Notes under the pieces: model-generated | Seen by the model: only the letters and a program-made list of their open reading frames with translations | Told to the model about the DNA's origin: nothing | Databases searched by the model: none | Translations under genes and position numbers: made by a program | Virus record (IMG/VR): IMGVR_UViG_3300020191_000009 | Location: 1 to 64,000 of that record | Length of the DNA: 64,000 nucleotides | Origin: an uncultured virus (IMG/VR IMGVR_UViG_3300020191_000009) | Taxonomy: Duplodnaviria; Heunggongvirae; Uroviricota; Caudoviricetes | Reading direction: 5' to 3' (one strand) | In this document: piece by piece, positions 27,227-36,871 of the stretch | Numbering within the stretch: position 1 is the stretch's first letter | Layout of the letters: every line of letters begins with the position of its first letter

Positions 27227-30157
27227 TTATCCTAGTCCTGTGTTTGTCGGGGTTGATACTGTAAATCCGGCCGCCTGACTTGTGTCGGTGGTGGGAGTAG
27301 ACGCTGGTGTACTTGAGTCGTCTACTGTACTTAATTCGTTTTGCCTAAAATTTACTACAAACTGTACCGTATTAGCAGCACCGTAAGAAGCACTATCTAT
27401 TGTAAGCACGTCCGATACTTTGGCGCTTCTAGCCTCAGATATTGTTGGATTCATTGTAAATCTATAACTTAAGTGTGGAAGCTGAGAGGGGAAGGCAAGG
27501 TTCGAAGCAGGAGGAGTATATAGAGATTTAGTATTTGCACTAGCCTGCCTAGTAACTTCAGTATCACTAACATTAGCACTGGTAGATACTATTCTAAAGT
27601 CATTACCCTGAGAAAGAGTACTGTTGATCCCCGCGTCTGGATCGGAATCCCAAGGTACACCCAATTGGCGTGCTATTTCGCTAGTGGGTAATGTTAAGTA
27701 GTCATAGATTGCTTTTGCGACTAAGGTCCCGTTATTCAATAGCCATATATCTAGTTGTATATATCCTGCCTCTGATACATTAGTGCTAATATTAAAGGTT
27801 ATGGGCGTGGATACAGTACGTCTTTCTACTTTGGCCTCTGCACTTAATATGTAGTTCCAATCAGTAGCGCCATCTTGACTAGTAGGTATATCTAAAGGAG
27901 TGTTAAGATCGCTTATATGATATAACTTTATTAAACCTCCGAAAGACTCTAGCCCGCCGGCTGTACTGCTTTCATAATTATATTTAATTTTAGGGTTTAA
28001 ATTAAGAGCAACTTTTTTATTTATGCCTAATGAGCCGGCAACTTCAGTGAAATTATTAGGAACGCTATTTGAAGAAGTTCTTGATATAAACCAGTCAGTA
28101 GCTGTTCCGCTGACAGCTGTTGCAAGAAGATAGCTTTGACCATCGGCGATGGCTTGAGCAGTTATAATATTGCCAAATGTTGTTTCCGAAAATTTAAAAG
28201 TTAGTCCTACCGAACCCCCCACTCCTGGGGCGACTGTAGTAGTATCTGCGGCCAAATAAAAAGGGAACGGTGGAAATGTAATAGTTCCTGGCGATACAGT
28301 GGCAAGCTGTTTAAGATCAAAAGATTTCATTGCAAAAGTACCTGAAGCAAGAGTGTTAGGTGTGCTAATATATACTTTAATTGTTACATCTTCTGGTATA
28401 GGATTTTTTACAGTAACAGTCCCTGCAGTTACATTCCCGCCCGGAGCTAAAGTAATCGTTCCACGGTTTGTCGCAGTCGGAAATCCAGGTTCTAGAAAAT
28501 CAGCTATATCAAGATCTCCCTCTCCGATATAGTAATAAATCTCAGTTTCATCAGTTACTGTCATCTCTCTAAAGCTAGTATAATTACCTATTCCTGCATC
28601 ACTATAAACAGGGTACAATACATCACCAGCCTCTGGAGACTTATTTGGGTTGGAAGAGTTGTACATAGTAAAGTTTACATAAAACAGCTTAGGGGCTGGA
28701 GGCGCAACTATTCCACCTTCAAGTTCCCTAATAGTTACCTGCTGAGTTGCAAGAATAGTGTTTATATTGTAGTCTCTTAAATTTACAGTAAATGCTTCAT
28801 CACTTGTATCAATATCATCAACTAATGAAGGCCCTTCTATGAGTGCATATCCGGCTCCGTCTGTTGTTATCTCTCCTGCTATAGTACCGGTATAGTCGGG
28901 GCTAGTTGCTGTGCCTGGCGTGATGTCCCACTTAAATAACGTATTATATTGGTTACTTGTTAAATCTATCTCTACCGTAGAACCTTCAAATAATGCATCA
29001 GTTGTGTTTTCTACTATGTTTCTCAACTCTAGAGTATACGTAGGAGTAACAAAATCAGAGCCCTTAAGTATTCTAGTTAATATTCCCGAATACTCGAGCT
29101 GGCTAGCTATATCTTTTATGGATACGTTATGGATTTCCGTATACTGTGTATTATTGGGAGCACTCGCTACTACACTTAATGTTACATCAGAAGATAGAGA
29201 GGTGTAAGACCCTATCGCACTTACCGGAGTAGAAGAAGAGGTAGCATCTGTACTTGAAGATACATCTTCATCAAATTTTATTTGATAGTTGCTCGCATCA
29301 AAACTATCTGGATTATTTATCCAAAAAGACTGGAAGGCTCCGTCTAACAATACGCGTCCGTCACTTTTAAATGTAATATCAATTTGCTGCGGGGAATTGC
29401 CTTGTTTTGTTGTTTCAAAAGTAGGAACAACAGGTAATAATTCAAATATAGACACAGTTACACTGGCTGTAGGGTAGTCTGATAGTGAAAATACCAATTC
29501 AGTAGGAAGAGACCCTTGATAGTTTTGTTCAAGAGTTAATACTATGCTTGCAGTGCCATCAAAAACCTGAAAAGTTTCAAAATCAGTAGTAAAATCACTA
29601 ACTGATACGCCCGCTACCTGGAAAGCCACTTCGGACCCGTTAGGTACATTAATAGTATTAATAGTAAATGTTATTTCTTGTCCAGGATACGCCTCAGAAG
29701 TCGAGGATAATACTGTATACTGGCCTTGTGTAAATTCTGTTAAATTCTGGTATATTATATCATCATTAAACTCTGTAGTAACTACTTTAATAAAAGAACA
29801 AGTCAATGTTGCTATAGCTTTATTAATATAGGTTACATTATAGTTTTCACATACAACCGGAACACTACGAGCTCCATCAACACTGGATGAGTCTTTTACA
29901 TGTAGTAGAAAAGATTCGACCCCATTTTTAGAATCAAAAAAATCGATCAAATCCGTAATTTCATCGTAAGATCTATTTGAAAAAGAGGCTGAGAAGGTCT
30001 CTTCTATAATATTTATACCGTCGGGGGTTCTTTCTTCGTAGGTACCACCTAAATTAATAGACCTTACTCGCTGTTTTATAGACGAAGAAATACCACGATC
30101 ATATCTAATATATCGTTCTGAAGCTAATCCTATATTAATGCCTAGTTCTTGTGACAT
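27227..30157 (-). CDS. gpM/Dit-like protein with a long C-terminal beta-rich (Ig/Calx-beta-like) extension
   Basis: First ~125 aa align by eye with the two upstream gpM paralogs (DR...LGGTYEER.PDGIN...FSNR...FFD...GVESF...VVCENY); the remainder is T/S-rich beta repeats. Confidence 0.75.
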   Translation of the reverse strand: MSQELGINIGLASERYIRYDRGISSSIKQRVRSINLGGTYEERTPDGINIIEETFSASFSNRSYDEITDLIDFFDSKNGVESFLLHVKDSSSVDGARSVPVVCENYNVTYINKAIATLTCSFIKVVTTEFNDDIIYQNLTEFTQGQYTVLSSTSEAYPGQEITFTINTINVPNGSEVAFQVAGVSVSDFTTDFETFQVFDGTASIVLTLEQNYQGSLPTELVFSLSDYPTASVTVSIFELLPVVPTFETTKQGNSPQQIDITFKSDGRVLLDGAFQSFWINNPDSFDASNYQIKFDEDVSSSTDATSSSTPVSAIGSYTSLSSDVTLSVVASAPNNTQYTEIHNVSIKDIASQLEYSGILTRILKGSDFVTPTYTLELRNIVENTTDALFEGSTVEIDLTSNQYNTLFKWDITPGTATSPDYTGTIAGEITTDGAGYALIEGPSLVDDIDTSDEAFTVNLRDYNINTILATQQVTIRELEGGIVAPPAPKLFYVNFTMYNSSNPNKSPEAGDVLYPVYSDAGIGNYTSFREMTVTDETEIYYYIGEGDLDIADFLEPGFPTATNRGTITLAPGGNVTAGTVTVKNPIPEDVTIKVYISTPNTLASGTFAMKSFDLKQLATVSPGTITFPPFPFYLAADTTTVAPGVGGSVGLTFKFSETTFGNIITAQAIADGQSYLLATAVSGTATDWFISRTSSNSVPNNFTEVAGSLGINKKVALNLNPKIKYNYESSTAGGLESFGGLIKLYHISDLNTPLDIPTSQDGATDWNYILSAEAKVERRTVSTPITFNISTNVSEAGYIQLDIWLLNNGTLVAKAIYDYLTLPTSEIARQLGVPWDSDPDAGINSTLSQGNDFRIVSTSANVSDTEVTRQASANTKSLYTPPASNLAFPSQLPHLSYRFTMNPTISEARSAKVSDVLTIDSASYGAANTVQFVVNFRQNELSTVDDSSTPASTPTTDTSQAAGFTVSTPTNTGLG

Positions 30158-30167
30158 TTAAGTTATG

Positions 30168-30614
30168 TTATCCTGTTTCTACATACGCCGTAGTTACAAA
30201 TCCATCAGTAACGTAGGGCTGTATATCTATAAATAGAGGTAGTTCAAATACCTCTTTTAGTTGTGCTGTTATAGTACCTAGTTCTGGAGAAGTCCACTCT
30301 ACCTCATAATTTTCACATATGCAAGATATAGTTTTCTCACTTTCTACAGATACAGGAACTCTATAAGGAAACGGGTATGTACCTTTGTATAGCTGAAAAA
30401 ACCTAAAAATAGCATCTATTTCTTCTTTAGGCCTATTTTCAAATTTTAAAATAATAGTTTCCTGCCGATTTAACAGAGACTTTTTCCATTTTTGAGTATA
30501 CCCATCTCCAAATTTAGAGTTAAGAACATTAAAAGATGCCGACCTAGTGTAAGATCTATCTGGGCAGACATATCTAGGCTTAGTAACAGTTCTAATATTA
30601 AATCCAACTGGCAT
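30168..30614 (-). CDS. Minor tail protein M (lambda gpM/Dit-like)
   Basis: CPDR...FGDGY...FENR..EEIDAI..FF...G..PF...CICENY...A.LKEV. Confidence 0.82.
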   Translation of the reverse strand: MPVGFNIRTVTKPRYVCPDRSYTRSASFNVLNSKFGDGYTQKWKKSLLNRQETIILKFENRPKEEIDAIFRFFQLYKGTYPFPYRVPVSVESEKTISCICENYEVEWTSPELGTITAQLKEVFELPLFIDIQPYVTDGFVTTAYVETG

Positions 30615-30642
30615 TATTTAATACTCTTAATCATTATCTATC

Positions 30643-30810
30643 TCAGCTATTGTTTCTGTTATTCCAAAGCTCGAAAAGAACTTTTACTTTCTCTTTTATT
30701 TGCTCAATATCAGCGTGCATTTTCGCCAGTACAATTACTAGCGTAACGAAAGCGACCGCTATAGGCCAGCCCGTATTTACAACTTCTAAAGCGCTCACAC
30801 TTTTCTCCAT
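30643..30810 (-). CDS. Small single-TM + coiled-coil protein (55 aa), not in the ORF track
   Basis: Read manually: MEKSVSALEVVNTGWPIAVAFVTLVIVLAKMHADIEQIKEKVKVLFELWNNRNNS; GAGAGG upstream. Confidence 0.75.
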   Translation of the reverse strand: MEKSVSALEVVNTGWPIAVAFVTLVIVLAKMHADIEQIKEKVKVLFELWNNRNNS

Positions 30811-30831
30811 ACACTTTACGTGCCTCTCTAC

Positions 30832-30927
30832 TTAGTAAAGAACAAGTCCTATTATTATACCAAAGAAAAAACCTAGTACACATAAAAAAATATACTGCTG
30901 TAATCCTTTTCTACTGATTTTTCTCAT
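30832..30927 (-). CDS. Possible 31-aa membrane microprotein
   Basis: Read manually: MRKISRKGLQQYIFLCVLGFFFGIIIGLVLY. The ATG lies 1 nt after the upstream stop; basic N-terminus plus one hydrophobic helix. Confidence 0.5.
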   Translation of the reverse strand: MRKISRKGLQQYIFLCVLGFFFGIIIGLVLY

Positions 30928-30928
30928 A

Positions 30929-31567
30929 TTAACTTTTTACTCTTTTAAACTTGGCATCACAGCCAGAATGATAATCACTAATGTAAATTACTGAAAATTC
31001 TTGACAAATGACAGGTATCTGATAAAAGGGTTCGTCTCTTACTACATAGGGAAAAGATTTTACTCCTTCTGTTCTTTCAAAAAATCTTACTATTTTTTCT
31101 ATAACTTCTGGGCTTCTGTTTATAAAAGAAACGGAGTACTCTTCATTTCTAGTAAATACTCCGTCTTTAATTCTGCTTTGATATCCATCTCCAAAATTTA
31201 CTGATAATATCTGTGGTGTAATTATTTTTTTAAAATTTCTATCAGGACATATTATGTCTACTCTTCTCAAGTTTATACTAGGGCTTGCAGACGCGACCAT
31301 TGGAACTACAGGTACAGATTCTACACCTTGATTATCTATAGGGGTTAACCTAGTTACTCCTAATGTAAATTCATTTGATGAAGTAACTAAAAAAGTTCCG
31401 TCATTTTGACTCTCAAAACTATTTACAATAGTTACTATTTCTCCCAGTTCAAATACAGATAAATTTGTAGTTATTGAATCTATAGTTCCATCATTTGTCC
31501 CGCTTATTCTAGTAAAAGAAATATCGTCTGCAATTATAATAAACCCTATATCAAATCCTACTGACAT
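30929..31567 (-). CDS. Minor tail protein M (lambda gpM/Dit-like) with an N-proximal insertion
   Basis: Directly follows the TMP (TAATG); MSVGFDI + ~95-aa insert + CPDR...FGDGYQSRIKDG...FINR...FF...GVKSF...VICQEF. Confidence 0.82.
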   Translation of the reverse strand: MSVGFDIGFIIIADDISFTRISGTNDGTIDSITTNLSVFELGEIVTIVNSFESQNDGTFLVTSSNEFTLGVTRLTPIDNQGVESVPVVPMVASASPSINLRRVDIICPDRNFKKIITPQILSVNFGDGYQSRIKDGVFTRNEEYSVSFINRSPEVIEKIVRFFERTEGVKSFPYVVRDEPFYQIPVICQEFSVIYISDYHSGCDAKFKRVKS

Positions 31568-34500
31568 TATGCAGCTCCGTATGGGCTAAGTATCCCTCCA
31601 GAGCGCTTTTGATTTTGAAGTTCCTCTTGTACTGCCTTAGCTATTATATTTCCTAGTTTAACAGCGTCTCTACCAGACTCTTCCTGCGTTGAGGAAGTAG
31701 AGGTTCTGCCCCCTTCTCCCATACTAACATTAACTGTAACATTATTATTCTGGTTTGACCCTATTCTTTTATCTTTTAACTCTACAGGGACTCTCTTCCC
31801 ATCGGGCATAGGAATAACAGCTTCATTATACCTACCTTCTCCTATTAGTGCATAGGTCGGCTTATCTACTACACCTCCATTAGCTAAGGGCACCGGCGCT
31901 GCTCCTCCTGTGAATATTGAACCTATTACTGCAAAAACAGTGCTAAGTATACTTCCTCCACCAGATGCTACTCCTGTAAGACTAGCTAAAAAGCTTTTCA
32001 AGAAACTTGCTAGACCTGTCCCGAACCCTTTCAAGAATCCAGCAAGATCACTTCCTAATCCTTTTGCACCTTCAAAAAACTTAGAAAAAGAAGTTTTAAT
32101 CGTTTCTGTAAAAGTTGTCTCTTCGTTTAGTACTTTCTTTACTTCGTTAGTAGCGGTTTCTAAAGGCTTTGCCGCTGCTTCTCCTACATCTTGGGCAGTT
32201 TTTACAGGGTTCGCCGGAGACGGATTAAGTATCTCAGACATGTTACTGTCGTTTGCCTTATCACAGGCACAAGAAGCACAAGCAGCTCTAATAGTCTCCG
32301 CAAGTGCGGCTGCTCCGTTTGTAAAGGCGTCTTTAAGTGTTGTGGCCATATTAGTACTAGTTGTATCGAGTTGTGTGTCAAGTATTTTTGCACCCTTTCT
32401 ATGGCCTTCTGCAACTTTATCTGTTAAAGTCATTCCACGAAAAATTTTAGACCCCAAATTACTACGGGCTATCATATCTATCATCGAATCGGCCATAATC
32501 TCCGAAAATTTACCCGCTAAAGTTTCAAATACAGATTTTGTTAAGTTTAATAAACTATCTCTGAAGCTGCTTTCGGCTCCTGTTAATAAATCATTTATAG
32601 CCTGTTGTAGCCCTGATTCAAAACCGTTAGCAATGGCTAGTCTATACTGCTCCATTGCTTCAGTAGAACGCATTAAAATATCAAGTTCAGCCTGCTTCTG
32701 CTCTCTTGTAGCTGTGGCGATCGCTAAGGTTCTCTTTGAATTCTCGACATTCGAGACAGTATTCTCGTCTATAGCGTTACGCAGCTCTAGCTCTTTTTCT
32801 TTACTTTGTCTAATCTCTAACTCTAATAGTCTTTGTTGATTTATTATCTGTTGACGACGTGATTGCCCTGCAGTAAGACCCGCCTCAAGTATTTTCTGTC
32901 GGGTTAGTAGTTTTATTTTTTTAATACTTTGTGCGTTATTAAGATCTGCAAGATCGTTTTGGCGCTCCAATCTTTCTTTCGTTAGAGGTAGAAGACTCAG
33001 TTCCGCTAGTCTCAGAACATTAGCAGCTCTTAGTTTATCAACGAGCTCCTGCTGTGTGTCAGATAACACCCTAAGCTCACCGTTTTCATCCACGGTTGTT
33101 TCTAGTATCTTTTGCCTATTAGTTTCTATGATAGCAGTTAGATCGCTTTCTTTCTTTGCTTCGGCAGCAAGCTGCTTTTGTAGTCCTGTTAAGCTTTGAG
33201 TAGTAATTAAAAACCCTGCCTGTCGTTGAGTCTTAGCTATATCTGCAGCCGTATCTATTTTTCTAATTTCGTTATTTAGTTCTTGAAGTGCCAAAGCATC
33301 TCTAGCAAGATTATTTTTATCCTCTAGTAGTTGTATTTCAATCCCTAAATTTTTTATTTTCTGCAATTCCTCTGGTGACAATTTCAAGGTATTAATCCGG
33401 GCTGTTTCCTCTAACGTAGCAATATCTTTTTCTAGCTTTAATTTCTTTTGGTCGTTTTCAAATATTTTAAGCTCTGTATTGAGTCTGGACTTTGTAATAC
33501 CATCTGCATTTCGTAAATTTGCTGTAATTTGTTGTCGTTTATTTAATAACTCTGTAGCCTGTTTTCCCTCAAAAGATATTATGCTTGTTACTAGGTCTCT
33601 CTCTTCTATTAACCTAGCTTTTCTGTCCTGTATCCCTTTTATTCTTGGATCATTTGTATTAAGATTGTTTTGATCTGCTTCCAGTTTCTGTATAGCTGTA
33701 TCAAGGTTGTTAAGAGCTGTTAAATATTTCTGTGCCTCAGAAACAGGCATTATCTTATTAACTAAAGTAGTTCCGCTTTTTGTTACGTCTGTAATAGCTT
33801 TATCATAAGCTGCCACGCCTTTACTTACTTCAACAAATAGCTCTCTAGCTTGAAGCAATTCTTCAATCTGACCCTTATCAATAACTTTCGCGGCTCTTAG
33901 TGCCTGGAGCTTGTTAAAATACTCGTTAGCTGATCTAGAATTCTTAATTAAGGATTCATCTTGAGCATTAAATGAATCTATTTGAATATCTAAAAACTCT
34001 TTGAATTTTCCGAATTTTTCTGGGTTCATTTCTGCTAAAAGAGCTATAGTACTACCTGTAGTTTTCTTTTGAGCTTCTGCTATTTCTTCAGTAAGTTCTT
34101 GGATTCTTTCAAGATCAACTGCAGCTCCATAATCAAAGGCCGACCTGTCCTCTATGAACGAAAGTGAGCGCCGGCCCTGCACCCTATCCCGAGCCCTCTC
34201 TAATCTTTTTACCTCATCCTCCGCCTTCTCTCTGGCTGCTGTAAGATCATCAGAGGATTCGCTAAGAGCCTTACCAAAATTTTTGAAAGCTGAATTGGAA
34301 AGTGAGTTTGCTAGGTTTCCGAAAGCTGCATAGGTAGAAATTATGTTTCCTCCCTCTTCAGATAAAATTTTCTGGATAGCTGAAAAGTTCTTATAGTCTT
34401 CTACTAGTCTTGCGACTCTATCTCTTTGTACTGCAAATACATCGTTAGATTCCTTAGCGACTTCCTCTGTCTTTCTAAATCCTTGTATAACTTCATACAA

Positions 34501-35976
34501 AGTATAAATTATGCCTATCCAACCAATAGCTGAAAAGGCAATGCTTACAGCGCGAGCCGCAATTGCAGCACCCGCTTTTATACTAGCAAATACGCCCTTA
34601 AATACGACTTCAGTTCGTTTAATACCAATCTGCATTTTTTTAGTGGCTATTTCCCATCTACTCGATACTTTGCCCGCAGCTATATCATTAGCAGCTATTA
34701 TATCGTCCATTGCAGATATGAAGTCACGACGTATTTTAAGGCTCATTTTTTTATAAGCGCCTTCTCCAGCCATAGCGCCTTTTTTCATCTTTAGTGCAAC
34801 TTCGTTAGTAATTTTGTCTACGTCGCCTGTGAGCTTACGTAAGGGGCCTCTTTTTCCGCCACCAGCATTAGCAGCTTTCAGAATATCAGCAGCATCTCCG
34901 GCCGCTGCCGATTTAAGACCGCCTGCACCTTTTGTTCCTAGCAATTCAAAGTTCGAAGCGGATTTTTTATATCTTTCTAACTCGTCAGAAGCTTTTGTAA
35001 AGGATGCCTCTGCTAGCTTTGCTACTTCTTTAGTCTTCTCTCCCATGTTCTGGAGGCCGGGAATGGCGGCCTTTAAGGGCCCTGATACCAATAATAAAAT
35101 AGCAGCTCCTGCTAATTCTGGTGTTTTTATTAAAACATCTGCAAAAGGTCCAGCAACAGCCGCTGCCACACCTTTAATTTGTATTAAGATATCATCGAAG
35201 GCTTTACCTAATTTATTAAATTTATTTGGAGCAACCGCTGTAATTTTAAGTATTCGTCCAAACTTGTTTTCGGCTTGGTCCAATACTTCGTTTGCTACTG
35301 CCTGAGATCTTTGGAAAGCATTTAATTCTACTTCACCCAACCCCAGCTGAGTCTTATAATTCTCCATGGCGGTATCTAATCTTAGAATAATACCTAATTC
35401 ATCTAGTAATTCTGGCTCTGCTTTTGTAACACCTCGAACAAGACGATTAAAAGAGTCAGTAACATCTCTACCTAGAATTACTGAAGTAGACTTTGCAGCC
35501 GCTCCAAGTCGGGTTAGTACATCGGCACTAAGACCTGCAGCAACACCTATAGATGCTGCGCTTGCAGCATCTTGAAAAGCGATTTGAGCATCAGTTGCTT
35601 GAATGATGTCCTCTGTGAGGGTGCGCATGGCAATACCGGTAGCACCTGCATAGGCAACCTGTCCGGCTTGCAGAGTTTCGAGATTTCCTGCGTCTTTTAA
35701 GAATTGAAAGACAGCAGATACAGCAAATAAAGAAGCGGCCAGGGTTGCATAAGCAGGAACGAGACCCCCCGAGATCCCCTGGGACATTTTTGAAAAATTC
35801 TTAGTAGCATTTGAAGAAGCCTGTGCTGCTCCTTTAAGGCGCCTATCAGTATTTTGTACTTGATTACCTGCAGCTGCAGCTGCTTCTCCTAATTGTTTCT
35901 GGGAAAGTGCTACTTTTTTGGTAGTGCCTTTATCATCAATTACTACATCAATATATACCTTATTTCTTTTAGCCAT
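31567..35976 (-). CDS. Tail tape measure protein
   Basis: 1469 aa, Ala/Leu/Lys/Glu-rich helical sequence with hydrophobic segments; lies between the chaperones and the tail tip. Confidence 0.93.
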   Translation of the reverse strand: MAKRNKVYIDVVIDDKGTTKKVALSQKQLGEAAAAAGNQVQNTDRRLKGAAQASSNATKNFSKMSQGISGGLVPAYATLAASLFAVSAVFQFLKDAGNLETLQAGQVAYAGATGIAMRTLTEDIIQATDAQIAFQDAASAASIGVAAGLSADVLTRLGAAAKSTSVILGRDVTDSFNRLVRGVTKAEPELLDELGIILRLDTAMENYKTQLGLGEVELNAFQRSQAVANEVLDQAENKFGRILKITAVAPNKFNKLGKAFDDILIQIKGVAAAVAGPFADVLIKTPELAGAAILLLVSGPLKAAIPGLQNMGEKTKEVAKLAEASFTKASDELERYKKSASNFELLGTKGAGGLKSAAAGDAADILKAANAGGGKRGPLRKLTGDVDKITNEVALKMKKGAMAGEGAYKKMSLKIRRDFISAMDDIIAANDIAAGKVSSRWEIATKKMQIGIKRTEVVFKGVFASIKAGAAIAARAVSIAFSAIGWIGIIYTLYEVIQGFRKTEEVAKESNDVFAVQRDRVARLVEDYKNFSAIQKILSEEGGNIISTYAAFGNLANSLSNSAFKNFGKALSESSDDLTAAREKAEDEVKRLERARDRVQGRRSLSFIEDRSAFDYGAAVDLERIQELTEEIAEAQKKTTGSTIALLAEMNPEKFGKFKEFLDIQIDSFNAQDESLIKNSRSANEYFNKLQALRAAKVIDKGQIEELLQARELFVEVSKGVAAYDKAITDVTKSGTTLVNKIMPVSEAQKYLTALNNLDTAIQKLEADQNNLNTNDPRIKGIQDRKARLIEERDLVTSIISFEGKQATELLNKRQQITANLRNADGITKSRLNTELKIFENDQKKLKLEKDIATLEETARINTLKLSPEELQKIKNLGIEIQLLEDKNNLARDALALQELNNEIRKIDTAADIAKTQRQAGFLITTQSLTGLQKQLAAEAKKESDLTAIIETNRQKILETTVDENGELRVLSDTQQELVDKLRAANVLRLAELSLLPLTKERLERQNDLADLNNAQSIKKIKLLTRQKILEAGLTAGQSRRQQIINQQRLLELEIRQSKEKELELRNAIDENTVSNVENSKRTLAIATATREQKQAELDILMRSTEAMEQYRLAIANGFESGLQQAINDLLTGAESSFRDSLLNLTKSVFETLAGKFSEIMADSMIDMIARSNLGSKIFRGMTLTDKVAEGHRKGAKILDTQLDTTSTNMATTLKDAFTNGAAALAETIRAACASCACDKANDSNMSEILNPSPANPVKTAQDVGEAAAKPLETATNEVKKVLNEETTFTETIKTSFSKFFEGAKGLGSDLAGFLKGFGTGLASFLKSFLASLTGVASGGGSILSTVFAVIGSIFTGGAAPVPLANGGVVDKPTYALIGEGRYNEAVIPMPDGKRVPVELKDKRIGSNQNNNVTVNVSMGEGGRTSTSSTQEESGRDAVKLGNIIAKAVQEELQNQKRSGGILSPYGAA

Positions 35977-36419
35977 TATCCAGATACATTATGGGCAAAA
36001 TTTGTTCCATTGCCTCCTGCCGCTCGACTTTTTCGTTCTTCGGCCTTTCTAGTTTGTTCTGCCTTTTCAGACATATATCGCACTTTTATGTTTTCATAAA
36101 CCTTAGAAAAATATATTACGTCTTTACGATAGGGCACTTCATAAATATCTAGTAAAAGATTAACAGATGCCCACTCTTTTCCTAGATAGCTCCCTGACAT
36201 TCCTTCCCACCGATCAGGCAGCAGATCGTATATTACGATCGCAGTCTGTACCTCTTCAGGAAATTTATCTAAAGTAATTGGCAGCTTTTCCGGATCGGGT
36301 TCTTGTCCTAGTTTTTCACATATAGCATAATACTTTTCTATATCTATTGTACTATCTGCTTCTCTCGTATAACGCTCAAGTAACGATATTATTTTCGTTA
36401 CTTGTTCCCCGTAAAATTT
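35976..36419 (-). CDS. Tail assembly chaperone, frameshift (gpT-like) portion
   Basis: The frame of the tracked 74-aa ORF stays open for 73 more codons up to 36419 with no ATG/GTG/TTG, overlapping the upstream gene in the -1 frame (..ICEKLGQEPDPEKLP...PDRWEGMSGSYLGK..). Confidence 0.85.
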   Translation of the reverse strand, partial: KFYGEQVTKIISLLERYTREADSTIDIEKYYAICEKLGQEPDPEKLPITLDKFPEEVQTAIVIYDLLPDRWEGMSGSYLGKEWASVNLLLDIYEVPYRKDVIYFSKVYENIKVRYMSEKAEQTRKAEERKSRAAGGNGTNFAHNVSG

Positions 36420-36820
36420 TCTAAATCACCGACAGTTTCTGTAACCCATGTATCAAATGTACCTGAGTTTTTCATTAGCAATTGTGCATTTTCTTGTGTA
36501 AAAGGGAGTTCACTATTCTCATCTTGAGAAGATACATCTACTAGGATGAGCTCTTCTAGATAATCTAGTTTGAAGCCTTTCCACCCTTTAATTACCGCAC
36601 TAACATATTCTTCTAAGAATTTATCATCATCTAGGATTTCTTCGGGCTGACGAGTGCGTTTGTCAAATTTAGTTGTTAGACATTTTTTTCTAAGTTTTAA
36701 TAATTCTTCTCGTGCTAAATAGCACAGATCTACTTCCATCCCAGGACATCCTGGAAAAGAAATAGACACAGTTTTGCTAGGAGTCATTAAGCTAGCAAGT
36801 GAAATAGGTTTATCTGTCAT
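36398..36820 (-). CDS. Tail assembly chaperone (gpG-like)
   Basis: Position between tail tube and TMP; IKGWKG motif; ends in LENF over a slippery site. Confidence 0.87.
   Translation of the reverse strand: MTDKPISLASLMTPSKTVSISFPGCPGMEVDLCYLAREELLKLRKKCLTTKFDKRTRQPEEILDDDKFLEEYVSAVIKGWKGFKLDYLEELILVDVSSQDENSELPFTQENAQLLMKNSGTFDTWVTETVGDLENFTGNK
36413..36419 (-). other. Programmed -1 ribosomal frameshift site A AAU UUU
   Basis: X XXY YYZ heptamer in the correct phase near the end of the chaperone gene; a -1 shift enters the open downstream frame. Confidence 0.75.
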
Positions 36821-36871
36821 TAAGTATTTTCCTTGTATATGTAGAAAAGAAATTGATTTTTCTTACCACAT

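Noticed and set aside
31910..32839. 309-aa + strand ORF, plus the 214-aa ORF at 24793-25437 and other antisense or alternate-frame ORFs in the track
   Set aside because: They lie opposite or within well-supported genes, lack recognisable motifs, and are explained as shadows of the sense-strand codon pattern.
35976..36200. Standalone 74-aa gene
   Set aside because: It is better explained as the distal part of the -1 frameshift product, since the frame is open and protein-like well upstream of this Met.
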